DNA of 64,000 bases from Octopus vulgaris (lineage: Eukaryota), in NCBI GenBank assembly GCA_951406725.2, contig OX597838.1, forward strand, positions 930,001-994,000, in the 5' to 3' direction. How positions within the stretch are numbered: position 1 is the first letter of the stretch; the number at the start of each line of letters is the position of its first letter. The notes beneath the pieces were generated by a model. That model saw only the letters and a list, made by a program, of their open reading frames with translations, made no database searches and was not told the DNA's origin. The position numbers were made by a program, and so were the translations under genes. This document shows positions 14,500 through 27,441 of the stretch, piece after piece.

Positions 14500-15620
14500 T
14501 AGAACATATTGAAATACCATAAACGAAAACATCTTAGATTCTATCATCCTCAAAATCAAGTTGAAACCATATTTCTTTATAGTAATACAAATTCAGAAAG
14601 GCAGGAGTTTAATACTGTCCAAGCGAAATATCTTCAAACTTAAAAACTCGTTACCATGGAATCATTGAGCTTATCTCTTACAACTGCATTTAACCAAGTG
14701 GAAACAATCACGTTTATCAAAATATCAAGCATCTAAAACAATATCCGTTTTAGGAGACAATATATTGTGCGCTGCAGTCAACACAGAGTTAAATGCCTCG
14801 ACTAAGGTCAGCAATATTGAAATATTCAAAAGATTATATCGAAATGACGGAACTTTAAACAAGTGATTCGGCAAGAACCTTCATAATTCTCTCGAAGACT
14901 TTGGGATTCCCTATTACAGTTGAAGCTCGTCTAAATATCAACTTCTTTCATTTTACATTTAACCGAAACAATTTTCAATACAGATCTTTAAAAACAAATG
15001 GAAATCTACAAATATTCGCAAAGAAATCATTTTAAGTATTCAAACATGTGACTTCAACACTTTCTACTTCATCTTCAAATGAACAGGATTTTAACAATGG
15101 GGCATTCAGCAGACGCGACTCCACAAGAAAAATACAGTATAACTGGAATATAATTTTAACACCGATTAAATGTACAAAGTGGTATGGAACATATTAGATT
15201 CCCTCTCTCGGCTTCCAAATAATATAACCCACAACTAATGTTTTGAAGCTTCTACAGCAACCTTTCCCTACAAACCACAAATTGGTCAAGCAATAAGTTT
15301 GTTGTGCCTCAGTCAATAACTCGGCCTCAATTTTGTATATTAGTCTAACCGCCTGTTCGTTAAAGAAACGTATTATCAACATAGACACACTTTTAGAAAT
15401 AAGGATAAAACAAAATCTAATATCTTGCTACGCCATATTTGAAATATAAAAATGATTAGCACAATTTTTTAAAGTTAAAATGGAAACTCTATCTGACGCA
15501 AACTCCTACAGCAACAAATTACAAGGTTTGTCAGCTTTGCAAATGGAACCTTGTGAAAATGTTATTCTTCAACTCGAAATACTTAATCGAAACCCAAAAT
15601 TCGTCTCATTTGTAGATACT
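14500..15620 (+). mobile_element. Decayed Penelope-like element ORF (RT plus GIY-YIG endonuclease)
   Basis: LYRNDG at 14834 (PLE YRDDG), then ITVEARLNINFFHFTFN and STSSSNEQDFNN, then YISLT..LKKR/YYQHRHTFRNK at 15336-15400 and CQLCKWE near 15530. The order is collinear with PLE ORFs. Confidence 0.8.
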
Positions 15621-16691
15621 GGATCTTTCGAACATTAAAATGCTTTTAATGTATTATATTTCCAAATATGGTAATAATTAAATCTCCACCATATTCTAGT
15701 GTATGAATACATACCTACAAACAGTTTCATGTCATTTTATGTTTATTTCATTTTATTTTCAGTTAAATAAAAACATCTTTCAATCCATTGTCACTAACGG
15801 CAACATTTTCACTAATAACTCATATTTTTTTCAATTATTATAGCTTACCATACTTTCTAATAATATATATATACCACGGAACCTACACAAGACGAACTCA
15901 AGACATTGATTGCAATAAAATTCCAAGTTGGAAATTCTTCTGCTAATTACTTAAACCTAAACTCAACTTTGTCGCTTCGTTTATTATATTTCTTTAATTA
16001 TTAAATTCTCAACAACAATCAGTTTATTACTCTTCGTTAAATTTATATTACTCTTATTAATTATATCACACCTTATTTTTCAGCCACATCTAATTCATTG
16101 ATTATTAATTAACAATCCCAATAATTATTCCTCTCCACCACCAACCATACAACCTAAAACCCCATCTATTATCCCACATCCGGCCCCCAATTTTAAACCT
16201 CTGCCCATCCATTATTTACTCCTATTTTATTATATTTTTCACTTCATTGTTATTTCATAAAAATTTACATTTTGTATTTTCACCTCACTTTTTGCCTTTT
16301 AAATTTCATGCCACGTTTTATATTTCGTTCTGCGGACACCAAAATAAGTTGAAGGTATTTTTGTGCACCATCTTATCTAAATTGTTAAAATAGTTCAAAT
16401 CTATTTTAATCCGTTTTACGATAAGTCATAAACGTTTATATCCCAGCTGCTGGCCCTCCAAATGCTTCCATTCTGCCCGATTTTATGTCATATCTTTAAT
16501 TTATAACGTTTTTCATTTCATTATCCAGTTATTTTAACATACATCTAATTTATCTCGGTAACAATCTATAATTCACACACAATTACACACTGTTCACGGT
16601 CTGATTTCCATAAATGTGTGTGCGTTGCGTTGTGTTTCTTTCTATCTGTATATGTATGTGTTATTTTTGTTTGTACCTCTCTATGTGTGTG

Positions 16692-16778
<87 letters not shown>

Positions 16779-16903
16779 ATGTGTGTGCATGTATGTGTAT
16801 GTGTGTCTGTGTGTGTGTACGCAAATAAGCACGTAAAAGCAAAACAAGGTGATAAGATAGTACTGGAATACCGAAGGTAGAGTAATATGCTTTCAGTAAA
16901 GCT

Positions 16904-17028
16904 GCAAAAATCTTCACAGACTGTTTGCTCAGAGCTTCACGTTCCCGTTCGTCGGAGCAGTTGTGATCAGAACCGTCCGACGAACGGAAACGGGAAGCTC
17001 TGAGCAAACAGTCGGAGAAGAATTTTGC
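16904..17028. repeat. Foldback inverted repeat (~38-bp core arms, 19-bp spacer)
   Basis: GACTGTTTGCTCAGAGCTTCACGTTCCCGTTCGTCGGA (16919-16956) versus TCCGACGAACGGAAACGGGAAGCTCTGAGCAAACAGTC (16976-17013), with two mismatches. Confidence 0.9.
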
Positions 17029-17053
17029 TGCATAAATAAAAGTATACATACAT

Positions 17054-17181
<128 letters not shown>

Positions 17182-17204
17182 GTATATGTATATATATTCT
17201 TTTT

Positions 17205-17552
17205 TTCTTTTATTTGTTTCAGTCATTAACTGCAGCCATACTGGAGCACCACCTTTAGTCAATTAAATCGACTCCAGATCTTATTCTTTGTAAGCCTAGT
17301 ACTTATTCTATCGGTCTCTTTTAGCTGATCCGTTAAGTTACGGGGACGTAAACACACAAACATCGGTTGACAAGTGATGGTGGGGACAAACACACACACA
17401 CACAATCACATATATATACGAGGGGGCTTCTTTCAATTTCCGTCTACGGATCCACTCCCAAGGCTTTAGTCGTCCCAAGGTGCCACGCAGTGGGACTGAA
17501 CCAAGAGCCATGTGGTTGGTAGGCAAGCTACTTACCACGCAGCCACTCCTAT
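17205..17552 (-). mobile_element. tRNA-derived SINE (family A), near full length
   Basis: Head AGGAGTGGCTGCGTGGTAAGTAGCTTGC..GGTTCAGTCCC, internal (GT)n and tail GGTGCTCCAGTATGGCTGCAG..GACTGAAACAAATAAAAG. Matches the copies at 29538 and 31173. Confidence 0.85.
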
Positions 17553-18941
17553 ATCTCAACTTAGTAACTTCACCTTTTTTCTCTTTGTTTACCAAAATAA
17601 CAACAACAACCCCCCCACGCCTCTCCCCCCTCTCAGTCTCCACCCCCTAGACGCCTTCTTTCATAATTTCAGAAACCAACAGAATAATTCTTACAATCAC
17701 CATATTTAGTAAATTCCTTTTTTCTGCGCACGCAATTCCTCTCCTTCCTGCGTATGATTAGATCTCGTTATCTCTCGTACTGTGTGTACACGAGAGCCAA
17801 GGCTTGTGTGGGGGGTGTATCTGTGGGGGATGTGCGCGGGGGCAGGGCTGTATTTGCGTGTGTGCACCTACACGAGTGTAGACTCTTATTTCAACGCCAA
17901 ATAAATAATTTTCAAGGGAGATAACTATGGCAAAAATAATTGTAGTTGTTTCCCTTTAAAGTTACTTTTTAATCATGGCAACAGTTTTTCTTTCTTTTGG
18001 ACCGTAATATTCTAAATATATTTTGGGTTTACTGTGTCAATACTTTACATTAAACGTATTTGCTTACGAATCGTCGGAACCTACAACACTGGCACTGGAT
18101 TCTACAGAAAATCTATAGATATAAACGCAAAAATACTTTATAATATTTCTCGTGTGTTGTTTAGTGAATATATTTTAACCAGCACGTTTCTCGTCATGCT
18201 AGAGCACTTTCCAACGGTACAAAAGTTCGCTGACGATTCCAGTGTCTAAATTGTGCACCGAGATGTGCAACCACAATATTCATACTTGATCTGGAAATCT
18301 ATTAAGGACACTAAAATAGGACTTCCTTCCTACATGTCGAATTGCCTTATTGTCGACTTTCATCTATCTCAGGAGACGATCGGAATTTTAATTCATTCCC
18401 AACTTTAGGCTTTTAGTTATGTAAAGTCAAGTTCCTATTTTAGTCTACTAAATAGTGGTTGCAATACATAAAATACTGAACGGGTTAAATTTTAATCCGT
18501 AGCACCAAATGGAAGACGTTTAATGTATCGAACACTGAAGGAAAAAAAGCAGTAAATTTGGTCTCAACGGGATTCGAAATCAGAATATAAGAAGAACCAG
18601 ACTAAATGACTCACTTTGAATTATTAAACAAAGGGGGACTTACCCCGACCTACCTTCTCTCTCTCTCTCTTTCTCCCTGCACAGACAGAAAAAGTGGGGT
18701 GAACACGAGTGGAAGGTCTGCTGGATCAGGGGTGGGTTGAGGCTAAGCAATATTTGAACACCTGGGTCTTAGATAGATCACTTTAATGGGACCACTTTGT
18801 GGTAAGTACTTGGGCCGGGTCTCCTGCCTGGGGCTACCTTCCTTCCGTTATTCTGACCCCACCACCACCAATACCACCAATACCAGTGCTTTTCTCTTCC
18901 TTTCAGTAACACGCACACACACACACACACTCACACACACA

Positions 18942-18987
<46 letters not shown>

Positions 18988-19879
18988 TTTGTTAGCCAAG
19001 TAATGCAGGGGTGGTAACTCCTTTTCTATTTGTTTCAACTGACGTAATTAAATGCGACACCTCGACGTGGCTGGTTTTCCATCTCAAACTGAAACGAGCA
19101 GGTCTCGACTGCAGGGACGGTAAGCGCCCCGACGCAGTTACCCTCTTCTCATTCGAGGGAGGCAGGTCCCTAATCTGAGACGTGACGTGCATCGATACGT
19201 TCTCCGGCTTCGACATTGCAGCATCGGCTGCAAACCTGGGTGTCGCCTCCTGTGACGAGGGGAAGAGAAAAAAATCAACAAATATAGGGGCCTGGCCGGC
19301 TGCTACCAGTTTGTTCCGGTCACCGTTGAGACGTCGGGTTTTCTCGAACCCTGTTCTACTGATTTCCTTCACAAAATAGGGATAACAACCGCCTATCGGT
19401 GAAATGAGCACCGCGAGGTGGCTGCGCCAGCGAATGTCGTGGCCATTGGGGTCATTACCGATGGACGCATCTGAGTACACCATTTGTTCCGGGTGGTAGG
19501 TCGACCCCTCCCTCTCCATATTGTGCTGCGTTACTTCTTCCTTCCTTTTTTTTTCTTTTCCCTTTTCATCGTTCTTTTCTTTTCTTTTCTCTGCATTTAA
19601 TTATTATAAAATAAAATCTCTTCTGTTGTATTTTTGTCTGCAGAAATAAAGCTTTTCTTATGATTTTTTGCAATTAATTTTGTTGAAAGGGGTGGATGTA
19701 TGTGGTGGGTGAAGGGAGATTTTTTTTGTTAAATTTGGGTGGTTGCTTATTGAAGAGCTGGATGAAACTGGGTGGAGCATCTTTTTCCCTTTAATCCCAA
19801 AATGGTAAGGTCATACTCGAAGGATAATTTGCTGCAATTTCTAGTTAGTCATTTGTCCCGGCTCTTTTTGATGAGAAGG

Positions 19880-20265
19880 AACGAAAGCCGTCCGTCGGAC
19901 TCGGTTGATGGAGATGTGACGTGACAACAAAGACTCAATTCAGTCTTTGACAGATCAGGATGGGTGCGTACTGCGCGGTTCCAAACAAATGTGTGTGACC
20001 TTCCCACAGTTCTTTGCCAAACTTTTCAGTTAAAGCGGTAGGCCACAGAGAATTATGGACTGTAGTACCTACCTCGACGGTCTGCCGCAACTCTCTAAAG
20101 GAGGGGCTAGGCGCTGTGAAAGGCCAACAACAGCAACTAAGATACGAGAAGTATTGAGTGTCTGCGTAAATGACAAATCGCCCGGTTTGGATGGTCTGCC
20201 CTGAGTTTTATGGTTATATACCAGATGTGTTTGGTGACCTCTTGACAAATGTCTATCGCAACTGG
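19880..20265 (+). mobile_element. Tx1/L1-type ORF2 fragment (pre-RT region)
   Basis: YLDGLPQLS...IREVLSVCVNDKSPGLDGLP/EFY...VFGDLLTNVYRNW; KSPGxDG is a conserved non-LTR ORF2 motif. Confidence 0.8.
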
Positions 20266-20665
20266 CGATATGAGCGTAATGTCATCCGCATCTGCTGACA
20301 CAGCTCTCCCGCACCCAATTCAAAAAGGAGGCCTCTTGGTTCCTGAGCAAAGGCTCGAGTGCCAGAACGTACAGAGGAGATGAAAAAGGACCCCACAGAC
20401 GGGAGGGGCTGTGTGGTAAGTAGCTTGCTTACATCTGTCGTGGAAAGACGTGGGTTTTTTTTGGCGGTGAGTCAAACGTTTTGTTGCACGTGGATAATTT
20501 TTTCTATTGGAATTGTTGTCTATTGTTGAATATTTTCGAAATGTTAAACATTGTTGAACTTTGAAAGTTTTTGTGCTTTTTCCCGGTGACGGGAGAAAGT
20601 AATTGTTGAAATATTGAACTTATTAATATTGAACTTATCAATATTACTAATATTGAACTTATTAA

Positions 20666-21062
20666 AGCCGTTGTAGGCTTTATTGTCGTGCCCCCCACCA
20701 CCACCAGCGGGGGTGGCATTTGAACTGTTATCCTCATTAAGAGGGAAAAAATGTCATAGGTTTCCCGTTTTTGGGGATAAGCAATTTATTATTGCGAGAA
20801 AAATTAAATTTTAGCCGTTGTAGGCTCTATTGTGGCATCCGCCACTAGCGTGGACGAGATTTGAACTCTTGTCCTCGTTGTGAGGGAAAAAAAAAATATT
20901 ATAGGTTTCCCGTTTTTGGGGATAAGCAATTTATTATTGCGAGAAAAATTAAATTTTAGCCGTTGTAGGCTCTATTGTGGCATCCGCCACTAGCGTGGAC
21001 GAGATTTGAACTCTTGTCCTCGTTGTGAGGGAAAAAAAAAATATTATAGGTTTCCCTTTTTC
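20666..21062 (+). repeat. ~145-bp tandem monomers (x~3) upstream of Tx1 ORF1
   Basis: TTAGCCGTTGTAGGCTCTATTG recurs at 20811 and 20956 in identical units, with a more divergent first unit from about 20666. Confidence 0.9.
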
Positions 21063-21433
21063 TGGGATTAAATTGTGTATCATTTATTTCGAACGAATTA
21101 TGTCGGTCGAAATAATCCCAGAAACGAACCAGCTGCATGAGCCAGCAAAAGAGTTCGCGGCAGGAGCCTCTGTATTTTCTAAGAATATTGTTATAGAAAC
21201 GGAGCTTTTTGAGAGAATGAAAGAGGAGGGTGGGGATATAAAGATCTCACCCTCCCCTCGTGTTGAAAATCGGAAGAGAGGTCGAGTCGCGTTTTTACTG
21301 TGCTTCTGTGAGTAGCTTTTTTAATTGTTGATTTTGTAAAAGTAATTGTTATTGTTAAACGGTTTTTGGTATTTTTGTCTGTCTGTGTTGAGACAGACAA
21401 GGAAGAAGCGGTCTGCCCCTCTCTAAGGGAGAG

Positions 21434-22516
21434 ATGGCCAGACGAAGTATGTTCGAAAGTGTGTCGGATGTATCGACTTCTGAAGAAGAACTTGAAAAGG
21501 CGATAAAGAAAATGGACAAGCAATTAGGCAACACCTACGCAGGAGCGACAAGAACGGAGGAAAGAGAAATAGACTTGGCCAAGTTGCCAAGCTACCAGGC
21601 ATTTATTAAAAAGGTCGGCGGTGAAGTGGAGTTGTCACCGCCACCAAAACGAGGAGAGTGGCATGAACGAAGGAACATCACGTATCGGGTTTATGCCAAT
21701 GAAAAAAAGAAAATAGAAGTCGTCCGTATGGAGACAATAGAAGAAGCATTAAAAAGAACGGAAGAAGAGGTTATATTCTTGGCAAGAGGCATAAATTTCG
21801 GTACCGTGGTGATCCAATTCAAGAATGAAAGTGTGGCGAGGAAAATGGCAGCGAGGACGGTGAAGACAGAAAAGGTGTTCCTTCTGTCCTCGTATCTGGG
21901 TAGAAAAACTACTCGGATCAGGGTGGAGGGGATACCTCCTAATGTTGACGGAGAGTGGATAGTGGCAGCCGTAATCAGTGGATGTGAGGAAGAAGTTGAC
22001 ATCCTCCATGCTACAGTGAAAGATGAAGGCTGGAAGGGTACAGTTTTGGAATTAAACGTGCAAGCAGAGGCTGAAATATTGGAACAATTGACTGAGAATA
22101 TCAGAATGGGAAGTGTTATAATGAGAGTGTGGGTGGAGGGCAGAGCTCCGCGCTGCTACAAGTGTGGCCTGAAAGGTCACATAAGAGCTGACTACCCTCC
22201 CCCATCAAAGGAAATTGATGCGGAACCTCAAAGAGAGGTAGTGGCCAACGAGGAAGAGCAGAAATCAACGAAGAAAGACACAACGGAAGAGGAGGAGGTA
22301 CGAAAAGAATGGGAAGAAGGCAGAAGAAGGAGGAAGAGAAGAAGGAAAAAAATAAATAGTGCTGAACCCCAATCCACCCCAACACCACCCGCACCATCTG
22401 AGGCCCACCATTCTCCTGCAGACAGTGAACCCACCCGATCCCCACCAACAAGAAAACAAAAAAAGAAGAAGCAAACAGACAAGATACCACAAAAAATCCT
22501 AGGCTCAATTTTTTAG
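21434..22516 (+). CDS. Tx1/L1-type ORF1-like (gag-like, zinc knuckle) protein, copy a
   Basis: 360-aa open frame with RGINFGT, YLGRKTTRIRVEGIPP and VEGRAPRCYKCGLKGHIRADY (CCHC knuckle, last Cys changed to Tyr). A probable C-terminal extension lies in another frame up to 22743. Confidence 0.85.
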   Translation: MARRSMFESVSDVSTSEEELEKAIKKMDKQLGNTYAGATRTEEREIDLAKLPSYQAFIKKVGGEVELSPPPKRGEWHERRNITYRVYANEKKKIEVVRMETIEEALKRTEEEVIFLARGINFGTVVIQFKNESVARKMAARTVKTEKVFLLSSYLGRKTTRIRVEGIPPNVDGEWIVAAVISGCEEEVDILHATVKDEGWKGTVLELNVQAEAEILEQLTENIRMGSVIMRVWVEGRAPRCYKCGLKGHIRADYPPPSKEIDAEPQREVVANEEEQKSTKKDTTEEEEVRKEWEEGRRRRKRRRKKINSAEPQSTPTPPAPSEAHHSPADSEPTRSPPTRKQKKKKQTDKIPQKILGSIF

Positions 22517-22889
22517 GTATTTCGACCAATAAAGATGTAAAAGAAATATTGAAAGACTGTCACTGGTGTTGCAAGGAGGGTTATAGGTACGGCGTAATCT
22601 CGGAAGACTGGATAGAAGAATTCGTGGGAAAATGTACAACGAAAAACCATGAAATGCATAGACTTGAATTGGGTGACGAGATGATGACGGAAATGGAAAG
22701 GAGATTTGCGACGAAAATAGAGAGAAGTGTGTATTTACGATAAAGTGTGAAGCACAGGTAAGTGATGCTAGCGGATGGGGCCGCCATTAGCATCACTTTC
22801 ATCTCTCATTTTCATATTTCATCTTTTCATATTTGTGTAATTGTGATGTTTTATGTACCCAGTGTTTGTATTGTCCCCTCTGTGTAGCC

Positions 22890-24030
22890 CTTTATGGGTA
22901 ATAAAGAAACGAAATCTGAAGAGAAGGACAGTCGTTTACAAAACGTACTGTCCTTCATCGAAGAAATTCAAGCACTTCGAAAAGTGCGAAATAGAAAAAT
23001 GCCTGGCCCTTATATGGAAAGATATAAAATACATAGCGAGGGGCCGGGCATATGGAACAATAGAGGCCAGATTTGAGACGGCCGAAAAAACCCAAGAGCA
23101 CTCAGTGAGTCCTCTGAAAACGAAGGAGGTGGTGCTGCTACTAACATACATAGGAAGGAGAACAGCCCGCGTCCGAATAAACGAAGTACCACCAGAAATT
23201 GAGGCAAGGGAGGTGATGGCCGTCCTGTTGTATAACAGGACGGACGAAATCCCCTTCCTCCAAATTACATGCACTGCCCCACAAAATTAGCGATTATTCA
23301 AGGAACGCAACAAGACATCGAAATTCTGCCAGAAAGAGTGTTCTTGGGGGAAGATATTGCCCTCAAGATTCAAGTAGAGGGCAAAAAGCCCACGTGTTTC
23401 GAATGTGGCAAAAAAGGCCACATTCGCGTAGAATGTGAAAAATGGAAGAAAAAAATAAGTGCGCAGACATCAGGCCCTTCAACTGCAGAAAAAGACCCCA
23501 AACCCGCTCACAAATTATCCCCCACAGAAACAAATACTCCCACCCCACCATCAGTGGAACCCGCTCCCAAACAAAACACCCCAAAATCCCAAGCCATGCA
23601 CACACCGGTCCCGACAGAAACAAATGCACCCACCCCCTCTGAAGTAACAACTCTTCTGGAAGACACCATGGAGGTGACCGAGGGGGAGTTCAAGGCACCC
23701 AGCAAAAAGAGAACACATTCACCTTCCCCATCCATATCCCCTCACAAAGAAAAAAGAAGAAAAGCAGCGCACCACAGAGAAAAAAGATCCCGCTCCACTG
23801 TCCCAGAAGAGAAAATAAAAAAGAACAAAGACGGAACAAAAACCCTGGTAAAGTTTGATACCAGGGATAAATATATTATGGACATTTTAAAAAAGCACCA
23901 CACCGTGGAGCTGTTGCAGCATCCCGAAGGCACGGAAAGGAGATGTGCCTGGATATCAGAAAAATTGTATAATGAAATGAAGGGTAGGCATCCGAGGACC
24001 ATCACGAACATCCCGGACCTTCCGCGGTAG
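22890..24030 (+). pseudogene. Second Tx1/L1-type ORF1-like gene, copy b (disrupted near 23280)
   Basis: RGRAYGT and YIGRRTARVRINEVPP, then after a frameshift VEGKKPTCFECGKKGHIRVEC (intact CCHC), a Pro/Thr-rich linker and a C-terminal domain. Confidence 0.85.
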
Positions 24031-24143
24031 TTGAAGAAGTAGGAGGAAAGGACTGCCTCACGTGTGGTGAGGTCAGCCCCAGCATCACCAATAAAAGGAA
24101 AAGTCAAAGAGTAAGTAGAACCCTTGCATTTCTTTTGTTTTAA

Positions 24144-24670
24144 ATGACTGCACTTAACCTTGGATGTTTGAATGTGCGTGGTCTGAGCTCGAAGTGGAAG
24201 CAAGCTTGTTTCCTCGATGACCTCAGATCACACGATATGCATGTGATGGTTGCTATAGAGACCAAGCTGGGCAGTCTACAAGCCTTCTCGCCCCTCCTGA
24301 ATGACTATGAGAAAATCATGTCTCCGAGCCGGACCGGAGGGCGAGGGGGTGTAGTTAGTAGTAGTGGTTCGAAAAGGCTTGGCTCTGCAGACAAGTACAG
24401 TCTATGTAGACCCAGAAGGTGGGCTGGTCGGCCTCGACGGGGTGCAACCTAGAGTCAAGAAAGAAAACCAAGGTCAGACGCTTGGCCTCTGGAATGTCAC
24501 CAGGCGCTCACTGCTCTCATACCAGTTAGATGATACGGTCAATAAAGGGTCTGCGGTAGCTCTATGTAGAAATCCAGGGATGGATAAGGGCGATGACTTT
24601 CTCCGGGAAACTCTAGACCTCGGCGACGATGAATTAGCAGCTGGCTCCTTTCGGAGGAGGTTCGCTGAAG
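24144..24670 (+). pseudogene. Tx1/L1-type ORF2, internally deleted (APE N-terminus joined to C-terminal part)
   Basis: MTALNLGCLNVRGL...VAIETKL is the APE endonuclease start. After about 24450, WPLECHQALTAL and DDFLRETLDLGDDEL..FRRRF resemble the post-RT region. The RT domain is absent. Confidence 0.8.
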
Positions 24671-25017
24671 TCCATTTATTTTGGCTCCCCATACCCCACC
24701 CCCATCCACCCGTCTTTCCTTTTCTACTCTTTATACAAACTTTAAAACAAATCTTAAAATTAATATAACAAGAGTTATTTCCCTTGCATTACTCGTCAGG
24801 AAAGTGAGCGCGCGCGCACGTGCGTGTGTGACATAATTTTACTTGTGCTCGTCAAGATGGGAGGGACAGCTCCCCATAACTCTAAGATGCGTGGGAGGAA
24901 GAGGGGGAGAGACAGCGAAACCTGGAGACATGTCCAAAATACAACAGTTGGAGGATTTCAGTAAACTCTCGTGTTACTGTTTAAACATAAATTCTAGAAC
25001 TTTTGAAAGGCATCCCT

Positions 25018-26420
25018 TGTATGTATGTATGTATGTGTGTATGTGTGTATGTATGCATGTATGTGTGTATGTATGTATGTATGTATGTATGTATGTATGT
25101 ATGTATGTATGTATGTATGTATGTATATTTGTATGTATGTATGTATGTATGTATGTATGTATGTATGTATGTATGTTTGTATGTATGTATGTATGTATGT
25201 ATGTATGTATGTATGTATGTATACATGTATGTATGTATGTATGTATGTATGTATGTATGTATGTATGTATGTGTGTATGTGTGTATGTATGCATGCATGT
25301 ATGTGTGTATGTATGTATGTATGTATGTATGTATGTATGTATGTATGTATGTATGTATGTATGTATGTATGTATGTATGTATGTATGTATGTATGTATGT
25401 ATGTATGTATGTATGTATGTATGTATGTATGTATGTATACATGTATGTATGTATGTATGTATGTATGTATGTATGTATGTATGTATGTATGTATGTATGT
25501 TTGTATGTATGTATGTATGTATGTATACATGTATGTATGTATGTATGTATGTATGTATGTATGTATGTATGTATGTATGTATGTATGTATGTATGTATGT
25601 ATGTATGTATGTATGTATGTATGTATGTATGTATGTATGTATGTATGTATGTTTGTATGTATGTATGTATGTATGTATGTTTGTATGTTTGTATGTATGT
25701 ATACATGTATGTATGTAAGTATGTATGTATGTATGTATGTGTGTGTGTGTATGTGTGTATGTATGTATGTATGTATGTATGTATGTATGTATGTATGTAT
25801 GTATGTATGTATGTATGTATGTTTGTATGTATGTATACATGTATGTATGTATGTATGTATGTGTGTATGTATGTATGTATGTTTGTATGTTTGTATGTAT
25901 GTATGTTTGTATGTATGTATGTATGTATGTATGTATGTATGTTTGTATGTATGTATGTATGTATGTATGTATGTATGTTTGTATGTATGTATGTATGTAT
26001 GTATGTATGTATGTTTGTATGTATGTATGTATGTATGTTTGTATGTATGTATGTATGTATGTATGTTTGTATGTATGTATGTATGTATGTATGTATGTTT
26101 GTTTGTATGTATGTATGTTTGTATGTATGTATGTTTGTATGTATGTATGTATGTATGTATGTATGTATGTATGTATGTATGTATGTATGTATGTTTGTAT
26201 GTATGTATGTTTGTATGTTTGTATGTATGTATGTATGTATGTATGTATGTATGTATGTATGTATGTATGTATGTATGTATGTATGTATGTATGTATGTAT
26301 GTATGTATGTATGTATGTATGTATGTATGTTTGTATGTATGTATGTATGTATGTATGTATGTATGTATGTATGTTTGTTTGTATGTATGTATGTATGTAT
26401 GTATGTGTGTATGTATGTGT
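25018..26420. repeat. ~1.4-kb (TATG)n satellite with TTTG/TACA variants
   Basis: Visible directly; it generates the long MYVC/HTYI pseudo-ORFs. Confidence 0.98.
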
Positions 26421-26479
26421 TTGTGTGCGCGCGTGCTTGCGTGTGTTTCATTTACTTTCAGCCTTGTAGTAATCCCACC

Positions 26480-26830
26480 GTGGGGTCTGTGCCGTTGCTG
26501 GAGCACCCCCTCTGTATTTACTACTGCTACAATACTCCTTCAGTTTCCAGTGTCTGTGTTTCTTGCCTTAAGGTCGGTTCATTAGGGACCTCAGCTTTGA
26601 AAGTACCCAGGTGCTTCTTCAATACATCTCAATCCACTTCATATAAGTTTCTGAGTTTCTTTACCAAAATACGAAAAAGTTGTACCGTAATTTTTAACCC
26701 TGGGCAGTTTCGGTTTCTGGTCTTGATGTCGATAAGGTGTGCGGGACCTTCGACTCTATGCAATGACGACCGCGATTTGGTGCGAGTCCTTCAAGGATCT
26801 TCCATCTTATACATCACTGCATATCTTCTC
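26480..26830 (-). mobile_element. CR1-like LINE 3' end remnant
   Basis: Minus strand resembles the 38.0-38.3 kb copy (GRHC.., LF.IL..LR.L..V..LKKHL..VPNEP) and is followed by a GGTGCTCCAGCA tail motif. Confidence 0.6.
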
Positions 26831-26855
26831 CGCTTTCTTTGTAAAAGTGTTATGT

Positions 26856-26902
<47 letters not shown>

Positions 26903-27382
26903 GAGAAGGGGAGAGGGAATAAAAACTGGAGGGTTCAAGGTGAATAAAGAGAGTAAGAGAGAGAGAGAGAGATAGACTTCCGCTTGATACGGTGACAAGG
27001 AATAATTTGTGAAACCTTTATTCCTTCTCTCTCTCTCTCCCTCCTCCCACCTTCTCTCCCTCTCTTCCCATTCCTCCCACTCCCTCACTCCGTCTCTGTC
27101 TCCCCATCCAAAGTCCCGGTGTCTTTCTCTGTCTGTCACACTTTCTCCACATCAGCAGCGACAGACAGATGTGGTTGGTACACAACAGCTGACACCCCCC
27201 CCCACCACCACCACCACCATTGTTGTGGTGGCAGCGACGGAGGCGGAGGGTCTGCTGATGGCGGCGATGGTGGTCTTGTTAGACAACTTACATCAACAAC
27301 AAGAACACTAACAACTTCATCGAACATCAGCCAAGCGCCATAGTCATCAGCAGCAGCCAGATTAACAACAACATCAATCAGA

Positions 27383-27441
<59 letters not shown>

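Noticed and set aside
18990-19520. GC-rich block with a 175-aa minus-strand ORF
   Set aside because: No recognisable protein motif; possibly retroelement-derived, but unsupported.
20666-21062. CRISPR-like array
   Set aside because: The units are full tandem duplicates without unique spacers, the context is eukaryotic and there are no cas genes.
22505-22520. TTTTTTA at the end of ORF1a as a programmed -1 frameshift site
   Set aside because: The heptamer is not in the U UUU UUA phase relative to ORF1a (codons are ATT TTT TAG), so a mutational indel is more likely.
24843-26947. Long ORFs (286-640 aa) of MYVC/HTYI repeats, and the many similar short ORFs throughout the window
   Set aside because: They are translations of stop-free (TATG)n, (CA)n and (TA)n microsatellites, not genes.
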